A DNA stretch of 64,000 nt from an uncultured Pseudomonadota bacterium (GTDB lineage Bacteria > Myxococcota_A > Polyangia > Fen-1088). Numbering within the stretch: position 1 is the first letter of the stretch; the number at the start of each line of letters is the position of its first letter. The stretch spans positions 768,001 to 832,000 of the forward strand of contig CAWKBC010000027.1 in NCBI GenBank assembly GCA_963847705.1, given 5' to 3'. Both the position numbers and the translations under genes were made by a program. The notes beneath the pieces are model-generated. The model did not search any database, had not been told where the DNA came from, and was given only the letters and a program-made list of their open reading frames with translations. Positions 1-11,936 of this stretch are shown here, piece after piece.

Positions 1-903
1 GTCGATCTCCAGGACGTGGGCAGCCGCTATTACACGTACATCTGGACGATGGTGTTGGCGATGGAGGCGGCGTTCCGATCGGGCGTGGCCGTGATTGTGC
101 TCGATCGCCCCAATCCACTCGGCGGCGTAGGGATCGAAGGTGGCACCGTCGGCGAGGGGTACGAGTCGTTCGTGGGACTGGGAGCAATCCCGGTGAGGCA
201 CGGGCTGACCATCGGCGAGGTGGCGCGGCTGCGCCTGCCGGGGATGCCCTGGGGGGGGGCGCGGTTCGCGCGGCCCATCGAGGGTGACCTCACGGTGGTG
301 CCGATGCGCGGGTGGCGGCGGGCGATGAACTTCGTCGAGGCGGGGCTCCCCTGGGTGATGCCGTCGCCGAACATGCCGACGCCGGCGACCGCGCTGGTCT
401 ATCCCGGGCAGTGTCTGTTCGAGGCGACGAACCTCTCCGAAGGGCGGGGCACCACGCGTCCGTTCGAGATCGTGGGCGCGCCGTTCCTCGACGGATACGA
501 CTGGGTGGCGGCGCTGACCGAGATGTCGCGGAAGGAGCTGCCGCTGCCGGGCGTGCGGTTTCGGCCGCTCTCGTTCCGGCCGACGTTTCACAAGTTCGCC
601 GGTCGGTCCTCCGGTGGCGTGCAGCTGCACGTGACCGACCGGGCCGCCTTTCGACCGTACGCGACGGGGATCGCGCTCATTGCCAGCGCGCACCGGCTGG
701 CGCCGGCCGAGTTTCGCTGGCGGACGGAGCCCTACGAATTCGTCGCCGATCCGCCCGCCATCGATCTGCTGACCGGCGGGGCGGACGTCCGCCGCACCGT
801 CGACACGAACACGCCGCTCGGCGAGCTCGTCGCCACCTTCGCCCCCTTCGAAAGGGAGTTCGCCGAGCTCCGGCGCCCGGCGTTGCTCCCCGACTATCTT
901 TAG
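1..903 (+). CDS. Exo-beta-N-acetylmuramidase NamZ / DUF1343 family protein, 5'-truncated by the window edge
   Basis: Frame 1 is open from base 1 (VDLQDVGSRYYTY). Family motifs DRPNPLGG, RHGLTIGE, PSPNMP and NLSEGRGTTRPFE are present. Confidence 0.85.
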   Translation, partial: VDLQDVGSRYYTYIWTMVLAMEAAFRSGVAVIVLDRPNPLGGVGIEGGTVGEGYESFVGLGAIPVRHGLTIGEVARLRLPGMPWGGARFARPIEGDLTVVPMRGWRRAMNFVEAGLPWVMPSPNMPTPATALVYPGQCLFEATNLSEGRGTTRPFEIVGAPFLDGYDWVAALTEMSRKELPLPGVRFRPLSFRPTFHKFAGRSSGGVQLHVTDRAAFRPYATGIALIASAHRLAPAEFRWRTEPYEFVADPPAIDLLTGGADVRRTVDTNTPLGELVATFAPFEREFAELRRPALLPDYL

Positions 904-913
904 AAGACGGGCG

Positions 914-1465
914 ATGCGCGTCGCGATCTTCGGAGGGAGCTTCAATCCGCCGCACCTGGCGCATCAGATGGCGGCCCTCTACGTCCTCGAGACGGCCGCG
1001 ATCGACGAGCTCTGGATCGTGCCGGCCTTCCAGCACCCGTTCGGCAAGGCGCTGGCGCCGTTCGCGCATCGGCTGGAGATGTGTGAGCTGGCCGGGGCGG
1101 CCCTGGGGCCGCGGGTGAAGGTCAGCGCCGTCGAGCGCGACCTCGGCGTCGAGAGCCGCACCCTGCGCACGGTGCGACGGCTCCAGCAGGATTTTCCGGC
1201 CCACACGTTCTCCCTGGTGATCGGCGCCGATCTGCTCGCCGAGCTCCCCTCCTGGCAGGAGAGCGCGGAGCTGCAGCGGTCGGTGCCCTTGCTGGTGGTC
1301 GGCCGGGCCGGTTTCGAGACGGGTGAGGGGCGCCTGGCGCTGCCGCCCGTGAGCTCGACCGAGGTGCGGGCCGCGCTGGCTGCGGGGCGCCCGGTCGACG
1401 GGCTCGTGCCGCGCACGGTTCTCGACTACATCCGCGCGCACGACCTCTACGGCGAGAAGGGATGA
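914..1465 (+). CDS. nadD: Nicotinate-nucleotide adenylyltransferase
   Basis: FGGSFNPPHLAH (HxxH motif), IGAD, and VSSTEVR followed by VLDYI..H.LY. Confidence 0.9.
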   Translation: MRVAIFGGSFNPPHLAHQMAALYVLETAAIDELWIVPAFQHPFGKALAPFAHRLEMCELAGAALGPRVKVSAVERDLGVESRTLRTVRRLQQDFPAHTFSLVIGADLLAELPSWQESAELQRSVPLLVVGRAGFETGEGRLALPPVSSTEVRAALAAGRPVDGLVPRTVLDYIRAHDLYGEKG

Positions 1466-2451
1466 GCGACCTGCCCGAAGCGGGGATGGGCCCGCGGGCG
1501 GTGACCGAAGGGCCGGCCGAGCCGCTCCCCTCGGTGTTCATCATGGGCGCCGGTGTCGTCGGCACCGCGCTGGCGGTGCGCCTGGCCGGCGCCGGGGTCC
1601 CTGTCACCGGCTTGCACGGCCGTCAGGTCGAGCCGCCCGACACCGCCCGGGCGACCTTCGGCGCGGTCAGCGTCGTCCGATCGACCGGCGAGATCCCGCA
1701 GATGCTCTCGGAGTCCGACGCCGTGATCATCGCCGTCCGCGACGATCGGATCCCCGAGGTGGCCGCGCGGCTGGTCAGCGAAGCGCGCCTGCGGCAGCGG
1801 CAGATCCTGCTTCACACCTCGGGGGCCAACCCCGCGCGCAGCATCCTGGCGGCCGCGCTGCCGCAGGTCCGCGCGGTCGGGACGCTGCATCCGCTGGCCT
1901 CCTTTGCCGACGCGCGCGTGGCCATCGAAGGACTGAGCCAGATCGCCTTCGGGATCGAGGGGGACGAGGCGGCGTGCGCCCTGGCCCGGCGGATCGTGGG
2001 GGCGCTGGGGGCCCGGCCGGTGATTCTAGAGGCCGAAAATCTGGCGCTCTACCACGCGGGCGCGGTGATCGCGTCGAGTTACGTGGTCGCCATGGCCGAC
2101 GCAGCGCGGTCACTCCTCATCAAGGCGGGCGTCCCCGCCGACCAGGCCCTCCCGGTGCTGATCCCCTTGCTCGCCAGTGTGGTCCAGAACCTGGCTCAGC
2201 TCGGGCTCCCGGGCGCTCTGACGGGACCGGTCGAGCGGGGCGACGTGGCGGTGGTGGAACGTCACCTCGTCGCGCTTGCGGCGCAGGCGCCCGAGCTGGT
2301 CGAGCTCTACCGATTGGTCGGCCGGGAGGTGCTTCGCCTGGCGCGCGAGAAGGCCAAGATCGCCCCCGCCGCCGCCGCTCGGCTGGAGGCGCTGTTCTCG
2401 GGGGCCATCCCCTTCGCTCCCGCGACCAGCGGCCACGGGCCGGGCGCCTGA
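1462..2451 (+). CDS. Rossmann-like + DUF2520 protein (PanG-like ketopantoate reductase family)
   Basis: GAGVVG dinucleotide-binding motif, AVRDD, HTSG, HPL, YHAGAVIAS, and ALTGPVERGD..VERH. Confidence 0.8.
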   Translation: MSDLPEAGMGPRAVTEGPAEPLPSVFIMGAGVVGTALAVRLAGAGVPVTGLHGRQVEPPDTARATFGAVSVVRSTGEIPQMLSESDAVIIAVRDDRIPEVAARLVSEARLRQRQILLHTSGANPARSILAAALPQVRAVGTLHPLASFADARVAIEGLSQIAFGIEGDEAACALARRIVGALGARPVILEAENLALYHAGAVIASSYVVAMADAARSLLIKAGVPADQALPVLIPLLASVVQNLAQLGLPGALTGPVERGDVAVVERHLVALAAQAPELVELYRLVGREVLRLAREKAKIAPAAAARLEALFSGAIPFAPATSGHGPGA

Positions 2452-2581
2452 GCCGGCCCTCGGGGTTGCCGGTTTGTCCGGTTCGCCCGTTTGTGGTGTG
2501 ACGAGCCTGGCATTTCGCCCGCCTCTTCGCCTAATATCGCCTCCCGTTTCAACGTTGCGCCGACGGCGCGGGAGCTCTGGA

Positions 2582-3130
2582 ATGCACAAGGGATTTGCGC
2601 TCCGATTTGGGACAGTCCTGGCCCTCTCTCTTTTGACGTTCGCGCGCCCGAGCGCGGCCGCCAAGCCCGAGGACGTCTTCAAGGGGAAGATCATCATCAC
2701 CAAGAACCGGCTGCCGATGCACTTCTCGTCGCCGGGGGGCTTCGTCAGCGCGCTGCAGAAGAATAAGATCGACAAGATCTGGCCGACCGAAGAGCACGGC
2801 GACGACAAGGGGACCTGGGACCTCGAGTACCTGGCGTTCTTCGCGCAGCCACTCGACGACAGCGAGATCCAGGTGAAGTTTTTCGACATCACCCAGGGCG
2901 GCAAGAAGTTCGTGGCCGGCGATCCGCAGTACACGCGCGAGCGCGGCTCCCGCATCTTCGGTTCCAGCATCCAGCTGGCCAAGCCGGAGTTCGACGTGCG
3001 CAAGCGCTACATGATGACCATCGAATCCAGGGGGCGCGTCATCGCGACGACCAGCTTCTGGTTGCTCGGCAAGGGCGCGAACTACAGCGGCAAGGTCGAG
3101 TTCTCCGACGCCGACACCCGCGCCAAGTAA
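2582..3130 (+). CDS. Secreted hypothetical protein (182 aa)
   Basis: ATG at 2582, signal peptide ending ..PSAAA-, Lys-rich mature part with typical high-GC codon usage. Confidence 0.75.
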   Translation: MHKGFALRFGTVLALSLLTFARPSAAAKPEDVFKGKIIITKNRLPMHFSSPGGFVSALQKNKIDKIWPTEEHGDDKGTWDLEYLAFFAQPLDDSEIQVKFFDITQGGKKFVAGDPQYTRERGSRIFGSSIQLAKPEFDVRKRYMMTIESRGRVIATTSFWLLGKGANYSGKVEFSDADTRAK

Positions 3131-3197
3131 CGAAACGACACGCTGACGACAGGGCGGGGCGGGGTGACGAGGTGAAAATGCCGAGACGGTTCTGTCT

Positions 3198-4118
3198 TTG
3201 AAACGGGTGGGATTCTTCCTCGCGCTGATGGCGGCGGGCGGTCTGGCGCGGGCGGCCGCCCCGGACTCGAAACCGCCGCAGTCGCAAGCGCCGGCGAGCG
3301 ACGCGCCGCACGCCGCGCACAAGAGCCGTCGAAAGTCCGCCAGAGCCGACAAGCTCGTGGCGGGTTCGCCCGGGTTGCCGGCGGACCGGGTGGAGGCGTT
3401 GCGCCTGGCCCTGGTGGGCGCCGATGACGCAGCGGCAATCGAGGCGGCCGCCACCCTGGGCGCTTCGGGAACATCGGCCGCGGCCGAGCCGCTCTGCGAA
3501 GTGTTGGCGGCGGGCGCCGCGCCGGAGCGGTTGCAGGCGGTGCTCGACGCGCTCGGGAAGCTGGGCGAGGCGCACCTCCTGCCCGCCGATCAGACGACCC
3601 TCGACGCGCTGGAGCTCTACAGCGGTCATCGCTCGCCCGATGTACGCCGGCGGGCCATCAAGGCGCTGGGCGCGGTCAACGACCCGCGCGCGACGCCGGC
3701 TCTGCTGGACCGGCTGGGCGACGCTGCCTCGGACGTCCGCGCCGCGGCCGCCCAGGCGCTGGCGGCCCGCCACGAGGCCGCGGCCGCGCACCGGATGTTC
3801 GCGCTCCTGGCGATGGGCGATGCCGGCGTCGCCGGTCCCCTGGCCACGCTGGCCACCCCCGACATGGTCCCGCGGATCGCCGAGCTGAACGGCACCATCG
3901 AGGACGGGGTCATCGCCGACGCGCTCGGCGACTACGTCAAGCGTCCTGACGTTCCGGACAAGCTGCGCATCGACGTGCTCCGGACGATCGGAGGGCTGTC
4001 AGGCGCGGTGGCCACCACGGCGCTGGTCGACTACATCGCCTCGGTCCCCGCCAAGGACGACCGTGCCTCCAAGAAGGAAGCGCAGAAGCTGCTCGACGAG
4101 CGGAGCGCCTCGCCATGA
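3198..4118 (+). CDS. Secreted HEAT-repeat protein
   Basis: Signal peptide; HEAT-like units such as DVRRRAIKALG..ATPALLDRLGD..DVRAAAAQAL. Confidence 0.7.
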   Translation: MKRVGFFLALMAAGGLARAAAPDSKPPQSQAPASDAPHAAHKSRRKSARADKLVAGSPGLPADRVEALRLALVGADDAAAIEAAATLGASGTSAAAEPLCEVLAAGAAPERLQAVLDALGKLGEAHLLPADQTTLDALELYSGHRSPDVRRRAIKALGAVNDPRATPALLDRLGDAASDVRAAAAQALAARHEAAAAHRMFALLAMGDAGVAGPLATLATPDMVPRIAELNGTIEDGVIADALGDYVKRPDVPDKLRIDVLRTIGGLSGAVATTALVDYIASVPAKDDRASKKEAQKLLDERSASP

Positions 4119-5959
4119 AGGCACGTCACGTTCGCCGCCACCGGCTGACGACGGCGCTGGGTGCCGCGCTGGCGCTCGGCCTCGGGGCCTGCGCGACCAG
4201 TCCCTTCCAGCGGGCCGGCAACGCGGACGACGTGGCCGGCGCGGTGGCGCGCTCGCATCCACCCGCCGCCACCGGGCGCAGCCTGGCGTTCCTGGTCCTG
4301 GCGGGCGCCGGCGGCGCGCGGCTGGCCGAATACGATCTCGCCGCCTCCCGGGTCATGTGGACCCAACCGGCCGACGTGACCACCCGGGTCGAGGTCGGTG
4401 GCAGCGTCCTCGTTCACGGCAGCAAGGGGACGACGCCCAACGGAGAGCTGGTCGGGCGTGATGTGGCGACGGGCGCCGCGCTCTGGCAGCACCCCTTCCC
4501 CTCGTCCGAGCACCTCTACGGCTACGCCCTCGACGGCGACGCGCTGTTCGTCGTCACCCGCTCGACCACCAACCCGAGCAAAGCCGCCGGGGTGCTGGCG
4601 GCGTATGACGGGCGCACCGGGATCCTGCGCTGGCAGACCACCTTGCCGTCGGCACGCGTCGCTGGGCCGGCGGTGCGCGGCGGGGTGGTGGCGGTGCCGC
4701 TGGAGTCGCAGTACGTGCTCCTCTACGACGGCGTCACGGGGCTGCCGCTCGGACAGGTGCTTTCGACCGAGGAGGCCGCCACCTTCGTCCGCGCTCTGCC
4801 GGAGGGGTTCTTCTACGGCTCGCGCGGCCTGTTTCTGCTCGGGCGCGACACCGCCCGCGGCTCGCGCCACGCCAGCGGATACCTGGCCGCGCAGCTCCCG
4901 GCTTTCGTGCGACCGACCTACGACTACGATCACTACCGCCCCGAGCAGAACGAGTACTCGGCGCTCGATCGCAACCGCGTTCTCTGGCGGGTCACCGTCG
5001 CCGCCGACCGCCCGCTGTTCCGCGACGGTCTGGCCTTCGTGCACGACTACCGGTTCTTCTTCGCCTTCGACGCCAAGACAGCCGCGCTCCGCTGGGCCTA
5101 CGTCAGCCCCGAGGACGCGGTGGCCTCGACGGACACCGGTCGTTCGATTCTGTTCGTGTCGGTGACCGGCGAGATCACGGCCCTCGATCCCCTCACCGGC
5201 GCGCGAATCTACCGGGCCGGGCTTCCGGGCGAGGTGGTGCGGGGGGCGACCTTCGACGCTGAGGGGTTCGCGCCGCCGGTCACCGCCGCGGTGAGCACGC
5301 CGCCCGATCTGCTGGCGTCGCTGACGGCGATCATCGCCGATCCGGATCAACGATTTCCCGCGCTCAAGCTGTTCGCCATCGAAGAGCTCGGCCGCCAGCC
5401 GGGGCGGAACGTGACCGCCAAGCTGCTCGAGATCCTGGAGACCGAGAAGACGTCGCCGCTGGCCCTCCAGAAGGCGGGGGAGATGCTGGTCGGGCGTCGT
5501 GACGCCGGCGCGCTGGAGCTGTTCACCACCGCGCTGCGGGCGCATGCCGACTACAGCGCCAAGCGGGGGGCGCCGCCGGTGGAGATCCTCGCCCGCGCGA
5601 TCGGTGCGCTCGGGCCGTTGGCGCGCGCGGTGGCGCCGGATCTCGACGCGCACCTGAGGCTGCCGGAGACCTCGCCGGCCGCGGCGACGGAGATCGCCAA
5701 GGCGCTGGCGCAGATCGGCGCCCGCGAATCGATCCCGGCGCTGCGCGACTTTCTGACCATGTACCGGGCCGACCCCGGCTTCGAGCGCGATCCCACCGCG
5801 CTGGTGGCGGCGGCCGAGGCGCTGCTCACGCTGGGCGGGTCGGCCGATCGCGAGCTCTTGCTGTTCCTGGCCGAGGAGCCGCACACGGCGGCGGGTCTTC
5901 GCGCGCACGTCACGCGCGCGCTCGGCGAGACGGCCACGGCGACGGCGGCCAAAGAGTGA
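4115..5959 (+). CDS. Lipoprotein with PQQ-like beta-propeller repeats and C-terminal HEAT-like repeats
   Basis: Lipobox LGAC; repeats GRDVATGAALWQ, AYDGRTGILRWQ and ALDPLTG; helical C-terminus. ATGA overlap with the upstream gene. Confidence 0.7.
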   Translation: MKARHVRRHRLTTALGAALALGLGACATSPFQRAGNADDVAGAVARSHPPAATGRSLAFLVLAGAGGARLAEYDLAASRVMWTQPADVTTRVEVGGSVLVHGSKGTTPNGELVGRDVATGAALWQHPFPSSEHLYGYALDGDALFVVTRSTTNPSKAAGVLAAYDGRTGILRWQTTLPSARVAGPAVRGGVVAVPLESQYVLLYDGVTGLPLGQVLSTEEAATFVRALPEGFFYGSRGLFLLGRDTARGSRHASGYLAAQLPAFVRPTYDYDHYRPEQNEYSALDRNRVLWRVTVAADRPLFRDGLAFVHDYRFFFAFDAKTAALRWAYVSPEDAVASTDTGRSILFVSVTGEITALDPLTGARIYRAGLPGEVVRGATFDAEGFAPPVTAAVSTPPDLLASLTAIIADPDQRFPALKLFAIEELGRQPGRNVTAKLLEILETEKTSPLALQKAGEMLVGRRDAGALELFTTALRAHADYSAKRGAPPVEILARAIGALGPLARAVAPDLDAHLRLPETSPAAATEIAKALAQIGARESIPALRDFLTMYRADPGFERDPTALVAAAEALLTLGGSADRELLLFLAEEPHTAAGLRAHVTRALGETATATAAKE

Positions 5960-6285
5960 AGGTGAGCGTGGTCGTCTGCCGCGGACCTGTCTGCGGCGAC
6001 AAGCGCGGGTCAGCCGCCTTGACCGCTCACCTCACCGCCAGCCTGGTCGCGCGCAAGCTGCAGGATCACGTCACCGTCAGCGAGGAGATCTGCCTGGGCC
6101 ACTGTCTGCGCGGGCCCAATGTCCTGGTGTCGGACGCCGAAGACCCCGATGGTCTCACCTCGCCACGCGCCATCCTTTACAACCGGATGACCATCGCCGA
6201 CCTCGATCGGGTGGTCGAGCGCCATCTGGTCGGCGGGATCGCCGTCCGCGCGCTGACGAACCTGCTTCCCGTCCGCGACCGTTAG
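5956..6285 (+). CDS. Thioredoxin-like [2Fe-2S] ferredoxin
   Basis: CRGPVC ... CLGHCLRGPNV ... Y..MT..D...VVERHL.GG. Confidence 0.8.
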   Translation: MKVSVVVCRGPVCGDKRGSAALTAHLTASLVARKLQDHVTVSEEICLGHCLRGPNVLVSDAEDPDGLTSPRAILYNRMTIADLDRVVERHLVGGIAVRALTNLLPVRDR

Positions 6286-6330
6286 GCTTGCGCCGAGGGG
6301 CGACGGCGCCCAGAATCGCCGGTCCTTCGG

Positions 6331-8584
<2,254 letters not shown>

Positions 8585-8627
8585 CCGGCGCCCTGGCGAT
8601 CGCCCAGCGCGCGCCCAAGCGACCGCG

Positions 8628-9041
8628 TCAGCGGGCGCCCGAGATCGCCGCGACGATCTCTTGCGGACTCGTGCTGCGCTCGCGCTCGCGAACGGCGTCG
8701 ACGGCCGCTTGCAGCTCGCCCTTGTCGAGGAAGATGCCCTGACAGCGGCTGCAGTAGTCGACGTGGACCGAGCCCAGCATCACCTCGGAGAGGCTGCCGG
8801 GGCAGACCGGGCAGGGGGCGATCGACTCGGTCGGGATGGGCGGCGGTCCCGCCTTGCCGGCGAGCAGGCCTCGCAGCCGCGCCAGCTCGGCCTCGGGCAG
8901 CTTGGCTGCGCGGCTGATCTCGCCGCGATCCAACCAGAGCCCGCCGCACTTGGGGCAGAGGTCGACCTCCAGCCCCTGGAAGAGCGCCTTATCCAGGATC
9001 GAGTTGCATTTTACGCAGCAGATGTTGGTGGCGTCCGACAT
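8628..9041 (-). CDS. Double zinc-ribbon (zf-TFIIB-like) protein
   Basis: Two units of CxxC...VD.CxxC.G.(W/F)LD.GE: CVKC/CPKCGGLWLDRGE and CPVC/CSRCQGIFLDKGE. Confidence 0.8.
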   Translation of the reverse strand: MSDATNICCVKCNSILDKALFQGLEVDLCPKCGGLWLDRGEISRAAKLPEAELARLRGLLAGKAGPPPIPTESIAPCPVCPGSLSEVMLGSVHVDYCSRCQGIFLDKGELQAAVDAVRERERSTSPQEIVAAISGAR

Positions 9042-9062
9042 GGGCGAGATACTAGCAGTCCT

Positions 9063-9848
9063 ATGAACCGCGAGGAACAAGGGAAGGCCCAGGGAAAGGA
9101 ACCGGCGGATTCCCTCTCCGACCTGGAGACGCGTCTCGGGTACGTCTTTCGCGATCGGGCGCTCGCCGCGACGGCGCTCACGCACACCTCCTGGCGGAAC
9201 GAGGCGCCGGCGCCCGGGCCCGCCGACAACGAGCGGCTCGAGTTTCTCGGCGACGCGGTGCTGGCGCTGGTGGTGAGCGATCTGCTGATGCGCCGCCTCC
9301 CGGACAGCGCGGAGGGCGATCTGACGCGGGCGCGGGCGGCGCTGGTGAGCGAAGGAGGGCTGGCGCGGGCGGCGGGCGCGCTCGAGCTGGGGCGCTTCCT
9401 CTTCGTGGGCCGCGGCGAGGAGCGGACCGGGGGGCGCGCGCGTCCGTCGATCTTGAGCGACGCGCTGGAGGCGCTGATGGGCGCCGTCTATCTCGACGGC
9501 GGGCTCGACGCCGTCGCCGCGGTGGTGGCGCGGCTGTTTCAGTCCGAGCTGACCGACGTCGAATCGCACGCGCGGCTCGACTACAAGTCGCGGCTGCAGG
9601 AGCGGTCTCAGGCGCTCTGGCAGGCGGCCCCCGTCTACCAGGTCGTCGCCGAGAGCGGCCCCGATCACGACAAGCGGTTCGAGGTGGCGCTCTCCTTCGC
9701 CGGACGCGAGTGGGCCCGCGCCGGTGGGCGCTCGAAGAAAGAGGCGGAGCAGAGCGCGGCGGCGGTGGCGCTGGAGACGATCGAGCGTGAGTCGCGCCCC
9801 GGCGCCGACCCCGAACCCCAGCCCGACGCCAAGAAAGGCCAGCCATGA
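9063..9848 (+). CDS. rnc: Ribonuclease III
   Basis: ALTHTS, NERLEFLGDAVL and dsRBD DYKSRLQE...GRSKKEAEQ; ATG at 9063. Confidence 0.95.
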   Translation: MNREEQGKAQGKEPADSLSDLETRLGYVFRDRALAATALTHTSWRNEAPAPGPADNERLEFLGDAVLALVVSDLLMRRLPDSAEGDLTRARAALVSEGGLARAAGALELGRFLFVGRGEERTGGRARPSILSDALEALMGAVYLDGGLDAVAAVVARLFQSELTDVESHARLDYKSRLQERSQALWQAAPVYQVVAESGPDHDKRFEVALSFAGREWARAGGRSKKEAEQSAAAVALETIERESRPGADPEPQPDAKKGQP

Positions 9849-11248
9849 GCCCGTCGTCGCTGGAGGCCCTGCGGGCCGAGGTCCCCCCCGACGTGCTGGC
9901 GATCTGCCGCCGGCTGCGCGAGGCCGGCCACCAGGCCCACCTGGTCGGGGGCGGCGTCCGCGACATGTTGATTGGCCGCCCGCCGGCCGACTTCGATCTG
10001 GCGACCGACGCCCGCCCAGAGGCGGTGGTGGCGCTGTTCGGCACGACCTTCGCCATCCCCACCGGCCTCAAGCACGGGACGGTCACCGTCCTCAGCGAGA
10101 CGCGGCGGCCGGTCGAGGTCACGACGTTTCGGGGCGAAGGGGAGTACCTCGACGGGCGGCGCCCGGTCTCGGTCACTTATGTGGACACGCTGGAGGAGGA
10201 TCTGAGCCGGCGCGACTTCACGATGAACGCGGTCGCCTTCGATCCGCTGGACGGGCGGCTCAGTGATCCGTTCGACGGGCAGGGCGATCTCGCCCGCAAG
10301 TTGATCCGCGCGGTCGGCGACCCGTTGATCCGCTTTCGCGAGGACGGCCTGCGCCCCCTGCGCGGCGTGCGGCAGGCGGCGCAGCTGGAGTTCGAGATCG
10401 ATCCGCCGACGCGCGACGCCATCCCGCAGACCCTCGACGTGTTTCGCAAGGTCTCCGCCGAGCGGATCCGCGACGAGCTGTTCAAGATGTTGGCGGCCCG
10501 GCACCCGTCACGGGGGCTCGAGCTGATGCGCCAGACGGGCCTCCTCGGCGAGGTGATCCCGGAGCTGCTCGAGGGGGTCGGCTGTACCCAGAATCGCTTT
10601 CACAAGCACGACGTCTTCGGCCACACCTTGTCGGTGGTGGACGCCACCCAGGGCGACCCTGTGGGGCGGCTGGGCGCGCTCCTGCACGACGTCGGCAAGC
10701 CGCGCGCGCGCCAGCCGCGCGAGGGTGCGCCCGGTGAGTTCAGCTTTTTCAAACATGAATACATCGGCGCGGAGATGGCCGATGCCATCTGCCGGCGCCT
10801 CAAGCTGGCCAACGCCGATCGCGACCGGGTGGTGGCGATGGTGAAGAACCACATGTTCTTCTACATGCCCGACTGGTCGGACGGCACGATCCGGCGTTTC
10901 GTCCGGCGGGTGGGCGGTCAAGCAGGGCTGGCCGACCTGTTCGCGTTGCGCGAGGGCGACGTGAAGGGGCGTGGCTTCGGTGAGGATCCCGACCTGGAGC
11001 TGCGCGAGCTGCGCAGCCGCATCGCCGTCGTCGCCGACGCCGACGCGGCTTTGAAGGTCACCGACCTCGCCATCGACGGCAAGGACGTGATGCGAATCCT
11101 GGGCATCGCTCCCGGCCGTGAGATCGGCGTGACTCTCGAGCGGCTGCTGGAGCGGGTGCTCGATGATCCGTCGCTCAACGAGCGCGAGAAGCTGGAGGCG
11201 CTGTTGCCGGAGCTCCGCGAACCGACCGCCGACGAAAAAACGCGCTGA
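9845..11248 (+). CDS. CCA-adding / poly(A) polymerase-family nucleotidyltransferase with HD domain
   Basis: LVGGGVRD, DFDLAT, EDLSRRDFTMNA, RFREDGLR, SAERIRDE and LLHDVGKP. Confidence 0.9.
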   Translation: MSPSSLEALRAEVPPDVLAICRRLREAGHQAHLVGGGVRDMLIGRPPADFDLATDARPEAVVALFGTTFAIPTGLKHGTVTVLSETRRPVEVTTFRGEGEYLDGRRPVSVTYVDTLEEDLSRRDFTMNAVAFDPLDGRLSDPFDGQGDLARKLIRAVGDPLIRFREDGLRPLRGVRQAAQLEFEIDPPTRDAIPQTLDVFRKVSAERIRDELFKMLAARHPSRGLELMRQTGLLGEVIPELLEGVGCTQNRFHKHDVFGHTLSVVDATQGDPVGRLGALLHDVGKPRARQPREGAPGEFSFFKHEYIGAEMADAICRRLKLANADRDRVVAMVKNHMFFYMPDWSDGTIRRFVRRVGGQAGLADLFALREGDVKGRGFGEDPDLELRELRSRIAVVADADAALKVTDLAIDGKDVMRILGIAPGREIGVTLERLLERVLDDPSLNEREKLEALLPELREPTADEKTR

Positions 11249-11252
11249 CGCG

Positions 11253-11936
11253 CTAACGCCGGTCGAGGGCCGCGACCAGCGCCGCCGCCGAGGTCACGGT
11301 CTCGACCCCCCGCGAAGCGGGCTCCAGCCGGCCGAGCAGCTCGGTGCGGCGACGGACCACCGTCGCCTCCGGATCGGAGAGCGGGATGACCTCGATCGCC
11401 GGCGCGGCGCCGCCCCTGGCCGGCCGTGGCGCCGGGGTCGCCGGGCCCGCGGCGATCGTCAACACGGCCGGAAGCTTCACCCGCAGGCGGCGCTTGCGAC
11501 CGCCGCCGCGCGTGAGGACATCGACCGTCCCCCCCGAAACGAGGGCGATCTCCTCGACGCCGGCGACGTAGTTGGCCCCCAGGTGGCGGGCAATCGCGGC
11601 GGGCGCCGCACCCAGCCCTTCGTCGTCGGAGCGCACGCCGGTCAGCACCAGATCGGCGCCGATCCGCCGGAGCGCGATGGCCAGCAGCTGTCCGATGGTG
11701 TGGAAGTCGGTGCCGGTCATGTCGTCCGCCGCCACCCGCACCGCGCGATCGACCCCGGCGGCCAGCGCCAGGCGGAGCGAGCCGGCCTCCATCGAGGTCC
11801 CTCCGAGCAGCGCCGTCGTCTGGTGGCCGCCTGCCCCGAGCCCCAGGCCGTGCGCCAGCGCCAGCGCGTCCGCGCGGCCCAGCGCGTCGGGTTCCGGCCC
11901 TGGCGGCGGAGCCCGAAAACAGACGACCACGTTCAC
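11253..11936 (-). CDS. Electron transfer flavoprotein beta-subunit-like protein (divergent)
   Basis: GTG at 11936; NVVVC, ALAAGVDRAVRV, DLVLTGVRSDD..G and VKLPAVLT. Confidence 0.65.
   Translation of the reverse strand: MNVVVCFRAPPPGPEPDALGRADALALAHGLGLGAGGHQTTALLGGTSMEAGSLRLALAAGVDRAVRVAADDMTGTDFHTIGQLLAIALRRIGADLVLTGVRSDDEGLGAAPAAIARHLGANYVAGVEEIALVSGGTVDVLTRGGGRKRRLRVKLPAVLTIAAGPATPAPRPARGGAAPAIEVIPLSDPEATVVRRRTELLGRLEPASRGVETVTSAAALVAALDRR

Noticed and set aside
2508-2522. Sigma-54-like TGGCAT-N-GC upstream of 2582
   Set aside because: The -12 element is CCGC rather than TTGC, too weak in GC-rich DNA.
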